From Planctomycetota bacterium (GTDB lineage Bacteria; Planctomycetota; B15-G4), in the NCBI GenBank assembly GCA_038212275.1, contig JBBQUR010000005.1, positions 64,001-128,000 of the forward strand: 64,000 bases of DNA. The letters run 5' to 3'. A model generated the notes under the pieces. It was not told the origin of the DNA. It searched no databases and worked only from the letters and a program-made list of their open reading frames with translations. A program made the translations under genes and the position numbers. Every line of letters begins with the position of its first letter. Position 1 is the stretch's first letter. Shown here piece after piece: positions 54,851 to 64,000 of this stretch.

Positions 54851-56119
54851 TCACTCGTGGCGCAGCGCCTGGATCGGCTCCATCTGCGCGGCTTTGCGGG
54901 CCGGGTAGAGGCCGAAGACGATGCCGGTGAGGCATGAGACGCCCAGCGAGAGGCCGACGGCGCCGGGCGTGATGACCGCGTCCCATTCCGTGAGCCGGCG
55001 CAGCAGCGCGACGCCGGCCGCGCCGAGCGCGATGCCGATGAGCCCGCCGATGCTCGAGAGCGTCACCGTCTCCACGAGGAATTGCGCGGTGATGTCAGCA
55101 CCCGTGGCGCCCAGCGCGCGGCGGATGCCGATCTCCCGCGTCCGCTCCGTGATGCTGGCGAGCATGATGTTCAGGATACCGATGCCGCCCACGAGGAGCG
55201 AGACGCCGGCCACGATGGGAAGCACGATGTCGAAGACGCGCTGGGTCTTGCGCCGCGACTCGAGCAGCTCCAGCGGCACCGTCACCTCGTAGTCCTTCCG
55301 TGCATGGAGGTTGTCGAGGATGGCCTGGACGCCGCGCGCCGCGTCCAGCACGTGCTGCTCGTCGTCCACCACGCAGAGCAGCTGGTGCAGCTCCACGCGG
55401 CTGCTCTCGTAGCTGCCGCTGCTCTGCGTGGACGACTCGACGCCCACGCGGCTCAGCACGGTCTCGAACGGGACGTAGACCTCCAGCGCGCGATCGTCGA
55501 TGCCGAGCGCCAGCTTGTTGGGGCTCTGGAACTCGCCGTCCTGGAGCACGCCGACGACGCGGTAGTACTCCTTTCCGAGCTTGAGGTCGAGCTTCAGCGG
55601 GTCGCCCACGTAGCGGGCGTCGCGCAGCAGCTGGCTGCGCACGACGCACACGCGCTGGCGCGTCGCGCCGTCCTGCTCGGTGAGCGCGCGCCCGAGCCAC
55701 GGCTTGAGGTTCAGCCGCGTGAAATACTCGGGTTGCACGCCGCGCACCTTGGCCTGGAGTCGGCGGCTCTTGAACCAGATCCACTCCTCCACGTCGTGCA
55801 CCTGAAGCACCTCGGTGATCATCGGCAGGGTGGCCGTGATCTGCCGCGCGTCGTGGAAGGTGAGGCCGTACTCGAGCGTGTAAGTCGTGTTGTCCTGCTG
55901 CACGTTCTGCTCGGCGGGCGGCTTGCGCGCATTGATGATGATGTTGCGGATGCCCAGTTCGCTGATCTGGTCGAGGATCGCACGGCGCGCGCCCTCGCCG
56001 GTGGAGATCATCGACATCACCGACGCGACACCGAAGATGATGCCGAGCGCGGTGAGGAAGCTGCGCAGCTTGTGACGCCCCAGGTTGCGCAGCGCCTCGC
56101 GGATCAGTTCGAGCAGCAT
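54851..56119 (-). CDS. MacB/FtsX-type ABC permease
   Basis: RSFLTALGIIFGVASV, VGGIGILNIMLASITERTREIGIRRALGA, GLYPARKAA. Confidence 0.94.
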   Translation of the reverse strand: MLLELIREALRNLGRHKLRSFLTALGIIFGVASVMSMISTGEGARRAILDQISELGIRNIIINARKPPAEQNVQQDNTTYTLEYGLTFHDARQITATLPMITEVLQVHDVEEWIWFKSRRLQAKVRGVQPEYFTRLNLKPWLGRALTEQDGATRQRVCVVRSQLLRDARYVGDPLKLDLKLGKEYYRVVGVLQDGEFQSPNKLALGIDDRALEVYVPFETVLSRVGVESSTQSSGSYESSRVELHQLLCVVDDEQHVLDAARGVQAILDNLHARKDYEVTVPLELLESRRKTQRVFDIVLPIVAGVSLLVGGIGILNIMLASITERTREIGIRRALGATGADITAQFLVETVTLSSIGGLIGIALGAAGVALLRRLTEWDAVITPGAVGLSLGVSCLTGIVFGLYPARKAAQMEPIQALRHE

Positions 56120-56874
56120 CAGCGCGCCGCCCGGCCCGTGTCGGACTCGATGCGGCCGTCGCGCATGGCCACGCGCCGCGGCGCTTGCGCGGCGATGCCG
56201 GGGTCGTGCGTGATGAGCAGCAGCGTGCTGCCGGCGCGGTGCAGCACGTGGAAGAGCTCGAGGATCTCGCGCGAGGTCGTGCTGTCCAGGTTGCCCGTGG
56301 GCTCGTCGGCCAGGATCAGCGCGGGCTTGCCGGTGAGCGCGCGCGCGATCGCGCAGCGCTGCTTCTCGCCGCCCGAGAGCTGGTTCGGAACGTGGTGCAG
56401 GCGATGGGCGAGGCCCACCTCCTTCAGCCGGGCGAGCGCGGTCTCGCGGCGTTCATCGCGCGGCCGCCGAGCGTAGAACAGCGGCAGCTCCACGTTTTCC
56501 AGCACCGAGAGGTGCGACACGAGCTGGAAGGACTGGAAGACGAAGCCGATGCGCGTGTTGCGGATCGACGAACGGTCCGCGTCGCCGAGTTGCGCGACAT
56601 CGCGGCCCTCGATGAGGTAGTTGCCTCGCGTGGGCGAGTCCAGGCAGCCCAGGATGTTCATGAGGGTGGACTTGCCCGAGCCCGACGGCCCGATGACGGC
56701 CACGTATTCGCCCGGCTGCACCGAGAGGTCGATGCCATGCAGCACGCGCAGCGCGCCGTCGCCGGTGCCGAAGATCTTCTCCACGCCGCGAAGCTCCAGA
56801 ATGGGCTGCGCGCGCAGCGGCTCCACGTCGGGTGGCGTCGCGTGCGGCGTAGCGGCGATGCGCGGACCGGCCAT
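56119..56874 (-). CDS. ABC ATP-binding protein (LolD/MacB type)
   Basis: GPSGSGKST, GFVFQSF, LSGGEKQR, ADEPTGNLD, ITHD. Confidence 0.95.
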   Translation of the reverse strand: MAGPRIAATPHATPPDVEPLRAQPILELRGVEKIFGTGDGALRVLHGIDLSVQPGEYVAVIGPSGSGKSTLMNILGCLDSPTRGNYLIEGRDVAQLGDADRSSIRNTRIGFVFQSFQLVSHLSVLENVELPLFYARRPRDERRETALARLKEVGLAHRLHHVPNQLSGGEKQRCAIARALTGKPALILADEPTGNLDSTTSREILELFHVLHRAGSTLLLITHDPGIAAQAPRRVAMRDGRIESDTGRAAR

Positions 56875-56875
56875 G

Positions 56876-58477
56876 TCAGCCCGGCGCTCCGGTGGCGCCC
56901 GCGTCGGCGCCCGCATCGGTGCCCGCATCGGCGGGGGTGAGCGATTCGGGCGCCTCGGCCGGCGCCGGCGCTTCGGTGCCGTCGGCCGCATCAGGCTTCG
57001 TCGCAGCGCCGCCTGCGGGCAGCCTGGGATTGTAGAGCAGCACCTGCTGCCCTGGTTCCAGCCCGTCGGAGATGGCGATGAGCGTGTCGTTGCTCTGGCC
57101 GACCTTGACCGCGATGCGCTGTGGCTGCCCGTCGGGAGCCAGCACCCAGCAGTAGTGACTGCCGTCCTCCTCGAACACGCACTGCAGCGGGACGGCCAGC
57201 ACCTGCGGCAGGTGGTCGATGAAGATCTCCACCTTGGCCGAGATGCCGGGCTTGAGTTGCAGCTCCTCGCCGGTCTTGAGCGTGACCTTCACGTCGAACT
57301 TCTTGACCTCGGAATCCCGGCCGCGTTCGGATTCGTTGCTGGCAATCTGCGCCACCTGCGTGACATCGCCGTCGATCACGAGCCCCGGGTAGGTGTCCAT
57401 CGTGATCTTTGCGGTCTGCCCTTCCTTCAGCTTGTTGATGTCCGCCTCGTGCACCTGCAGCTTGACCTGCATGACGCGCAGGTCGGGCAGCGTGAACAAC
57501 ACCATCTCGCCCCAGACCTCGCCACCGAGCCGGATGTTGTTGCGGTACCACGACTGGTTCGGGTCGCCGTAGAGCACGATGCCGGGGTGCGGCGCCTTCA
57601 CGGTCATCTTGTCCAGCTCCTCGAGCTGCTTGGTGAGGCGCTTGTTCCGCATCGTGAGGCTCTTGTCGGCCAGCTCGACGGCCACCTCCTTCTGGCGCAG
57701 GTTGGTGGCGGCGCGCTTGTCGGCGTTGTCCTTGTCGCGCAGGCAGTCCTTCACGGCGACGTCCTTCTGCGCGCTGGTCATCGGCAGCGTGTATTTCTCG
57801 AACATCGTCAGGTCGAGCTTCGCGCCCTCCAGCTGCACCTCCGTGCGCTCGTAGTCGATCCCGTCCTGTTCGAGCTGCGACTTGTTGATGTAGGCCTTGT
57901 CGTAGAGCATCTGGCTGTCCGCGAACTTCTTCTTCGCGCGGCTGAACGCGGTCTCCGCTTCCTTGATGGCGACCTCCAGCTTGCGCCGGTCGCTCGGCGC
58001 GTCGCCGTCCCTGTAGCGCTCCAGCTCCTGCCGGGCGCGGTCCAGCGCGATGGCGGCCTTCTCCATCGTCGCGGTGTTCTCGCTCAGCTGGATTTCCAGC
58101 TCGCTCTTCGCGGTGTTGAGGTTGGCCTCGCCCTGCACGATGTCGGACCGGAGCTCCTCGATGTCCGTCTCGAGATCCTTCGTGTCCAGTCGGGCCAGCA
58201 CCTCGCCCTGCTGCACCTGCTTGCCTTCCTCGATGATGAACGTGATCTTGGCGCTGCTGTCGGTGCCGGCCGAGATCTTCTTGCTCTCCTTGGCGACGAG
58301 CGTGCCGTTCTCGATGAGGGTCACGTTCATGTCGGCGCGCTGCACGGTGTGCAGCATCCCCGGCGCGACGCTGGTCGCGCCGGCATCGGGCGCCGACCAG
58401 TGTCTCACGCCGACGACGGTGCCGATTCCGGCGATGGCCAGGCCGGCAAGGATCACGGGCAGTCTCATGGTGTCCAC
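56876..58477 (-). CDS. Periplasmic adaptor (HlyD/MacA family membrane fusion protein)
   Basis: N-terminal TM; EEGKQVQQGEVLARLD lipoyl half, long coiled coil, VKAPHPGIV, VHEADI, LKPGISA. Start is 58477 or 58468. Confidence 0.9.
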   Translation of the reverse strand: MDTMRLPVILAGLAIAGIGTVVGVRHWSAPDAGATSVAPGMLHTVQRADMNVTLIENGTLVAKESKKISAGTDSSAKITFIIEEGKQVQQGEVLARLDTKDLETDIEELRSDIVQGEANLNTAKSELEIQLSENTATMEKAAIALDRARQELERYRDGDAPSDRRKLEVAIKEAETAFSRAKKKFADSQMLYDKAYINKSQLEQDGIDYERTEVQLEGAKLDLTMFEKYTLPMTSAQKDVAVKDCLRDKDNADKRAATNLRQKEVAVELADKSLTMRNKRLTKQLEELDKMTVKAPHPGIVLYGDPNQSWYRNNIRLGGEVWGEMVLFTLPDLRVMQVKLQVHEADINKLKEGQTAKITMDTYPGLVIDGDVTQVAQIASNESERGRDSEVKKFDVKVTLKTGEELQLKPGISAKVEIFIDHLPQVLAVPLQCVFEEDGSHYCWVLAPDGQPQRIAVKVGQSNDTLIAISDGLEPGQQVLLYNPRLPAGGAATKPDAADGTEAPAPAEAPESLTPADAGTDAGADAGATGAPG

Positions 58478-60108
58478 ATCCCCTTCGTGTCGATGAAAAG
58501 CAGCCCCATGTCCTTCAGCAGCGTGAGTCGCGAGATGAAGTGGTTTGCCGTGAGGTCGATGAGCGCATTCTGCGCGTCCACGAGCGACTGCCGCGCGTCG
58601 AGCAGGTCGCGGTTGTCCACGTCGCCGGACTCGTAGCGGATCTCCGTGACCGCGACGGCGCGCTGCTCCTGCTCCACCTGCTGCTTCTGAAGCTCGATCT
58701 GCTGCGCGACGCGTTCCAGCTGGCGCAACTGGTCCTTGATGTCGCGCTCGGTGTTGTCCAGCAGCAGCGAGTAGTCGCGCCGCGCATGCTCCAGGGCGAG
58801 CTGCGTGCTGCGGTAGTTGTTGCGCTCGAACTGTCGGTTGAGCGGCAGGCTCAGCGACAGGCCGAGACTTGCGGAGGCGTTTTCCGGGTAGGCGTTCACG
58901 AAGTCGGTGTCGCTGCCGGACACGCCGTAGGCGGCGAGAAGGCCGAGGTCCGCCTGCAGGCCGTCTCGAGCGATGCGCACGTAGCGCTCGTTGTCCTGCA
59001 GGCGCTCGGCGGCGTTGATCAGGTCGAGCCGGTTCTTCAGGGACACTGCCACCGCGGACGCCGGGTCCAGGCTCACGGGCTCGAAGGAGGGGGTCTCGTC
59101 GGCGATGACGACGTGCGTGGTCGAGGGCAGCCCGAGACGCAGCTTGAAGCCGTCCACGGCCGCCTCGTAGTCGGCTCGCGCCGAGAGCAACTCCGTCTCG
59201 GCCGTGATCACGCGTCGTCGCGCCAGGAACACGTCCTCGTCCTTGTTGCGGTCCACGAGCCGCAGCGCCTCGGCCTTGGTCAGGTCGAACTGCACGTCGC
59301 GCCAGTTCTGCTCGAGGTTGACCAGCCGCTGCTTGCGGCTCACGAGGTCGAAGAACTCGCGCGCGATGTTGATGCTGTATTCCTCGCGGAACAGCTCGAA
59401 GTCGCGCACCGCGTAGACGATGCTGCGCTCGCCTTGCGTGAGCGCCTCGTGGCTCACCTCGTAGCCCGCTCCGCGCAGCAGCGGCTGCGTGAGGGCCAGG
59501 TCCAGGGTGCTGTCGAAGCGCGGGTCGCTGCCGTTGTCGGCGCCGCCGCCCGTGTGCAGCGCCGCGACGGCGCCGCCGATCGTGAAGTTGCCGCCCGTGG
59601 GCAGGATCTGCGAGACGCCGAGGTCCCAGGCCAGGCGGTTGTTGGCGCCACTGTTCTTCAGGTCCGACCAGAGATAGGCGACGGTGGAGTTGAGCTGCGG
59701 CCCGAAGTCGTAGCGCGTGAGCGTGAGCCCCAGCCCCTCCAGGTACAGGGACTCCTTCCTGTTGATGAAGTCACGGCCGGTGGTGACCGCGAGCTCCAGC
59801 GACGTCGCGAGGTCGAGCTGCAGCGGCGCGACGCCGGCCGAGGCGCCGCTGGCCTCGGTGGGGTCGTCCGGCTCGTCGACGGGGGCTGCGGCGCTTTGCT
59901 CGGGCGTCTCGTCGTCCGGCCTGGCGGCCTCCGGGTACAGCACGCGCGCCCGGCGATCCGACAGCGCCGACGTGTCCGTCTCCGCGAGCAGCGTGTCCAC
60001 CTGGAAGTCCGCCTGCGCGGAATAGTCCTCGGGCGAGAGGCAGGCCGACTGGCCCACGGCAAGCCACGCGAGGCCCGCAAGGGCCAGGATGGATCGTGCT
60101 GTGCTCAT
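58465..60108 (-). CDS. TolC family outer-membrane efflux lipoprotein
   Basis: Lipobox-like QSAC; LTQPLLRGAG, RYESGDVDNRDLLDARQSL; first gene of the exporter operon. Confidence 0.88.
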   Translation of the reverse strand: MSTARSILALAGLAWLAVGQSACLSPEDYSAQADFQVDTLLAETDTSALSDRRARVLYPEAARPDDETPEQSAAAPVDEPDDPTEASGASAGVAPLQLDLATSLELAVTTGRDFINRKESLYLEGLGLTLTRYDFGPQLNSTVAYLWSDLKNSGANNRLAWDLGVSQILPTGGNFTIGGAVAALHTGGGADNGSDPRFDSTLDLALTQPLLRGAGYEVSHEALTQGERSIVYAVRDFELFREEYSINIAREFFDLVSRKQRLVNLEQNWRDVQFDLTKAEALRLVDRNKDEDVFLARRRVITAETELLSARADYEAAVDGFKLRLGLPSTTHVVIADETPSFEPVSLDPASAVAVSLKNRLDLINAAERLQDNERYVRIARDGLQADLGLLAAYGVSGSDTDFVNAYPENASASLGLSLSLPLNRQFERNNYRSTQLALEHARRDYSLLLDNTERDIKDQLRQLERVAQQIELQKQQVEQEQRAVAVTEIRYESGDVDNRDLLDARQSLVDAQNALIDLTANHFISRLTLLKDMGLLFIDTKGMWTP

Positions 60109-60298
60109 GCCCGAGGATTCCTGCCCCGCCTGCGCTGTGGCGCGCCGTACGTTCCGATGCTCACTCAGTACGCACGCGGAGGTCGTCTGGCAACACGCTT
60201 GAGACGGCCAATGTATCGCATGGATTTCCGCCGAGCGGGCCGGAGCCGTGGCGTGCGCATGACCTGGCCGTCCGGATCGGCAAGCGCAGCAAGCGCAT

Positions 60299-60346
60299 GA
60301 AAACAGCGCGGGCCCGTGCCGATCGCGAGATCAGCACGGGCCCGCG
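60299..60346 (-). terminator. Intrinsic terminator after the DUF3332 gene
   Basis: CGCGGGCCCGTGC/GCACGGGCCCGCG 13-bp stem plus an inner GATC pair, followed by CTGTTTT on the minus strand. Confidence 0.7.
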
Positions 60347-60386
60347 GAAGCCGTCCGCGCCACGGGCGCGGAGCAGCAGCGGACGA

Positions 60387-60734
60387 TCAGTGCGCCTGGC
60401 CCGGAGCCTGGATCATGGTCACCGAATACGGGAGACCGACGACGGCCGCGACCTGATCCATCTCACCCTGCGCCGGCACCGTGCTCGCGGTGATCGGGTT
60501 GGTGCCGCCCCAGAACTCGATCGAGTTGAAGATCAGCGTGTCGCCGATCACGCAGAGCGGGTACATGAACCAGCCGGTCACCAGGTAGACCGCCTCGTTG
60601 CCCCACTTGTTGCCCATGGAGCCGTTCCAGTGATGGAACTTCTGGGTCGCGTTGAACGGACCGTAGCAGCCGGTGGACAGGGTGGCGAGGCACAGTGCAG
60701 CGACAAGGGCACTCCGCTTGAGGAACTTCAGCAT
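60387..60734 (-). CDS. DUF3332 family protein
   Basis: TGCYGPFNATQKFHHWN...NKWGNE...DTLIFNSIEFWGG.NP; GGAG RBS. Confidence 0.85.
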   Translation of the reverse strand: MLKFLKRSALVAALCLATLSTGCYGPFNATQKFHHWNGSMGNKWGNEAVYLVTGWFMYPLCVIGDTLIFNSIEFWGGTNPITASTVPAQGEMDQVAAVVGLPYSVTMIQAPGQAH

Positions 60735-60894
60735 GAGAACGTCTCCGTGAATGGTCGGGTGGATACTCGCGAGCACCTTGTGCTCCGGTAACTCACCGGG
60801 CACCGCTCGAACGGGCGCACTCTAACCAATCAAGCGCCGAGTCAATGCGGGAACCTTGTCCATCCGGGGCGTTCTCGCGCCCGCGGCGGCCCCG

Positions 60895-63800
60895 TCACGA
60901 GGCGTTCGGCTGCGGCTTGCGGGCCGGTTTGGCGGCCTGCCGCGACTCGGACCGGGGGGGCGTGCTCTGCCCCGCGCCGGCGGGTGTCGGCAGTTTCAGG
61001 ACGTGCGCTCCGGCCCGGGTGGCCAGTGCGTCGGCCAAGGCTGCGTGGCAGGTCAGCACGATGACCTGCCGGCGCGCGCCGAGCTCCTTGAGCAGCGCGA
61101 CGCCGTGCTGGCTGCGGGTCGCGTCCCAGTTGACGAGCACGTCATCCAGGACCAGCGGCAGCGGCTGCTCGCCGTCCATCTGGTCCGCGAGGGCCAGGCG
61201 CAGCGCGAACTGCAGCTGCTCGCGCAGGCCGCGCGACAAGGGGTGGCCGGCTTCCATCGCCTGGCCCTGGTCGGCGCGCTTCACGAAGAGGCGCGGCGCG
61301 CCGGCCTGCGACGTGCGCTCGACCTCGAGGCGTTCCCAGCGCTCGCCCGTGAGCGTCGCCAGGTGGGTGGAGGCCGCCCGCAGGACCGGTGGCTGGAAGT
61401 GCTCCCGGTAACGGAGGTCCGCCTCGCGCACCACGGCCGCCAGCAGCGCCAGCCGGTCGTGCCGCCGGGCCAGCGTCCGCTGCTGCTCGGCGAGTGCCGC
61501 GATGGCGCCGTCCACGTCGCACAGGCTGCGCTGGGCGCTGAGCTGCGCGCGCTCGACCTGCAGCGCGGCCTGCTCCTCGGTCAGGGTCGCGAGCCCGGCC
61601 GACGTCTGCTCGATGTTGCGCACCAGGGCGACGCGCTGCTCGGTGGAGAGATCCAGGGTCTCGCCGGCGGCCAGCGCCGCGCGGGCTTCGTCGCCGCGCT
61701 CCTTCCAGTCGGGGAACTGCTCGTGCAGGGCGCGCTCCATCGCGTCGGCATCCTTGAGCCAGGTGCGCGCCTGCTCCAGCCAGCGCAGTCCGGCCTCGGG
61801 GCTCCGGCCCTCGAAGTCGAGCTGCGACAGGCGCTGCTCGAACAGGCCGAGCTCCTTCTCGCCCAGAGCGCGCCGCTCGCTGGCCGTGCGGAAATCCTCG
61901 CGCAGTCCGGGCAGGGCCTTGGCGGACTCCTCGGCGCGCCGGCGATTGGACAGCGCCGTCTGCAGGCGGTCGAGCCAGAGCGTGGCGGAGTCCATCGCGT
62001 TGCCGGGAAGCGTCATGTCGAGACTCTCGGCCAGGCGGCCGCCGCGGGCTTCACGCTCGCGGGCGCGGCGCGCGACGGCCTCGCGCTCGCCGAGCAGGCG
62101 CGTCATCTCGCGCAGCACGCCGCGCAGTTCCTCGAGGTCGTTGAAGAGGTCCTGGCCAGGCTGCTCGAGGCGCGACGGCGCGATGGGGAGCACCTGGAGA
62201 TGCTGCGTGACCGCGGCGTGCGCCTTGTCGCGCTCGGCCACCTTCACGGACACGCGCTTGATGCAGTCCTCGACGCGCTGGCGTGCCGCCACGAGCCGGC
62301 GTTCCAGCTCCGGTCGCGCCGCGACGTGCGCGAGGGCCTGCTGCGCAGGACCGAGCTGGCTCTCCACCGTCTCGAATTCGTGCAGGCCGAGCTGCGTGCG
62401 CAGCTTGGTGCATTCGTCGCCCTGCGCCTTGGCGCGGGCCTCGTCGGGCAGCAGCGCCACGGCCTGCGGCTTGCGCCGCAGCACGACGACGCCGGCCGCG
62501 ACCAGCGCTGCAGCCACCGGTCCGAGCATGGCCCACGACGTGCTCCCGCCCGTGAGCAGCGACGTCAGCAGCGCGCCGCCGGCTGCGAAGAGCCCGAGCG
62601 GCGCGAGCAGCCTGCGGCCGGACCCCTTGGGCTTTTCCTTCTTCACCGTCGGCGCCTTGCTCGCCTCGATGTCCTTCTTCAGCGCGTTCAGCACGTCCTC
62701 GCGACCCTGCAGTTCGCGCAGCAGCGCTTCGCGGGCGCGCAGCTTCTTCTCGGCGTCGCTGTTCGGGATCGCCTCGAAATCCAGCTCGCACACGTGCACG
62801 GCTTCCTTGCCCTGACGCACTTCGTCCTGGGCGAGGTCGGGCAGGCGCCGGGCGTCCTCCCACAGCTTGACGCGCGAGGCCAGCTCGGCCATGCCCAGGC
62901 GCGAGAGCGTCTCGCGCTGGCTGGCGTCGAGGCGCTCCGAGAAGGTCTGCGCCGCGCGCTCCGCGAAGAGCGCCTCCTGCGCATCGCGTGCGCGATCGAG
63001 GTCGTTGATGTGCACGAGGTCCTGGTTGTGCACGGCCGACTCGCCGACGAGCGAGCGGATTTCCTGCTCCAGGCCGAGGATCGACGTGTCCTGCAGCGAC
63101 AGCGTCGAGCGGCGGTCGTGGCCGGCGATCTCGGCGTCGAGGCGCGCCTCCGCGGCGCGCTGCTCCTTGACCGTGGTGCGCAGCGTCGCAAGGTGAGTCG
63201 CGCTGTTCTCGGGCAGGTCGTCCACCGCAAGGCGCTCGGCGGACTGCTTGCGCAGGGCCTCGATCTCCTGCAGGCCGCGCAGCACGGGCAGCAGGCGCTC
63301 GGCGCGCTGCAGCCGCGAGCGCATCTCCTGCAGCTGTTCCTGCGTGCCGGCGATGTGCCACGCCTTGCCCGCGAGCAGTTCGCGCAGCAGGAGCTGGCGG
63401 CGCTGACGCGCTGCGGCGCCGACGCGCTCGCGCTGCAGCCGGCGCATGCCGACACCGAGACGGCGGTGACGCGTGTTGCCGCGCGGCGCGCTGCGCCAGA
63501 GTTCCGCGGCGCGTGCCTCGAGACCGGCCGTCGCCTCGCGCGCCGTGTTCAGCGCCGGCAGGTGGCAGCCGCCGAGCAGCCGCTCCTCGACGGCCTGCCA
63601 GGCGGATTCATCCAGTCCGGCGAGGCCCGCGAGTCGCAGCGCATGAAAGCTGTCGAAGTGCGCGCGCGTGACGGGACCGACGCAGTCCAGCGGCCTGTTG
63701 CCGATGCTGCGATCGGTGCTGCCCGCCGCTTCGACGCTGTTCGCGTCGTGCGACACGCCCTCGCCGGGCGCCGCCTCGTCGCTGCCGGACACGATGCCCG

Positions 63801-64000
63801 TCACCGAGAGCGTGCCCTCGGGCATGTGGCGCAGGCGGCGCGTGACGGCCACCGAGCTGCCGTCCGCGAGCCTGAAGCCGGCGCGGCCCGACAGCGGTTC
63901 ACCGCTCCACGGCGCATACGGATGCGCGGCGCGATCGGCCGGCGCGAAGCCGTAGAGCATCGTGGCGAGGAACTCGAGGAAGGTCGACTTGCCGGACTCG
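60895..64000 (-). CDS. YhaN-like SMC/Rad50-type AAA ATPase (5' end off the right edge)
   Basis: Window edge reads ESGKSTFLEF (Walker A); long coiled coils with a central hydrophobic hairpin; LSRGLREQL, LVLDDVLVNWD, LTCH. Confidence 0.88.
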   Translation of the reverse strand, partial: ESGKSTFLEFLATMLYGFAPADRAAHPYAPWSGEPLSGRAGFRLADGSSVAVTRRLRHMPEGTLSVTGIVSGSDEAAPGEGVSHDANSVEAAGSTDRSIGNRPLDCVGPVTRAHFDSFHALRLAGLAGLDESAWQAVEERLLGGCHLPALNTAREATAGLEARAAELWRSAPRGNTRHRRLGVGMRRLQRERVGAAARQRRQLLLRELLAGKAWHIAGTQEQLQEMRSRLQRAERLLPVLRGLQEIEALRKQSAERLAVDDLPENSATHLATLRTTVKEQRAAEARLDAEIAGHDRRSTLSLQDTSILGLEQEIRSLVGESAVHNQDLVHINDLDRARDAQEALFAERAAQTFSERLDASQRETLSRLGMAELASRVKLWEDARRLPDLAQDEVRQGKEAVHVCELDFEAIPNSDAEKKLRAREALLRELQGREDVLNALKKDIEASKAPTVKKEKPKGSGRRLLAPLGLFAAGGALLTSLLTGGSTSWAMLGPVAAALVAAGVVVLRRKPQAVALLPDEARAKAQGDECTKLRTQLGLHEFETVESQLGPAQQALAHVAARPELERRLVAARQRVEDCIKRVSVKVAERDKAHAAVTQHLQVLPIAPSRLEQPGQDLFNDLEELRGVLREMTRLLGEREAVARRAREREARGGRLAESLDMTLPGNAMDSATLWLDRLQTALSNRRRAEESAKALPGLREDFRTASERRALGEKELGLFEQRLSQLDFEGRSPEAGLRWLEQARTWLKDADAMERALHEQFPDWKERGDEARAALAAGETLDLSTEQRVALVRNIEQTSAGLATLTEEQAALQVERAQLSAQRSLCDVDGAIAALAEQQRTLARRHDRLALLAAVVREADLRYREHFQPPVLRAASTHLATLTGERWERLEVERTSQAGAPRLFVKRADQGQAMEAGHPLSRGLREQLQFALRLALADQMDGEQPLPLVLDDVLVNWDATRSQHGVALLKELGARRQVIVLTCHAALADALATRAGAHVLKLPTPAGAGQSTPPRSESRQAAKPARKPQPNAS

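Noticed and set aside
60850..60873. GGAAC...CGTT ECF-like promoter
   Set aside because: The spacer is short and it points antisense into the end of the ATPase gene with no downstream CDS.

Overview
High-GC (roughly 70% by eye), gene-dense bacterial chromosome segment with about 47 protein-coding genes and one pseudogene. I recognised no rRNA, tRNA, CRISPR array, transposase or phage gene. A Planctomycetota-like origin is my inference, based on a DWG-type Ser/Thr kinase, prenyltransferase-repeat barrels ending GR..TTA....E...RY, and a recurring secreted-protein C-terminal domain. Recognisable content includes modABC preceded by an XRE-HTH/TOBE regulator with a palindromic operator, chrA, a MacAB-TolC-type exporter, sppA followed by a four-gene amino-sugar cassette, dus, tapT, cyaY, lemA, a PAS hybrid kinase, a secreted vanadium-haloperoxidase-like enzyme and a partial YhaN-like ATPase. 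The most unusual items are: (1) a DUF885 metallopeptidase-like protein split by an in-frame insert of about 830 aa made of two tandem prenyltransferase/terpene-cyclase-like barrels; (2) a secreted protein of about 2,095 aa with alpha-2-macroglobulin-like traits; (3) a candidate C-terminal sorting domain shared by unrelated secreted proteins; (4) an exported CYTH lipoprotein next to a phosphate-type porin; (5) a CHAT protease gene with several lesions; (6) many short tandem repeats, some in an AABBCC stepwise pattern. All family calls come from motif recognition by eye; no database search was run.
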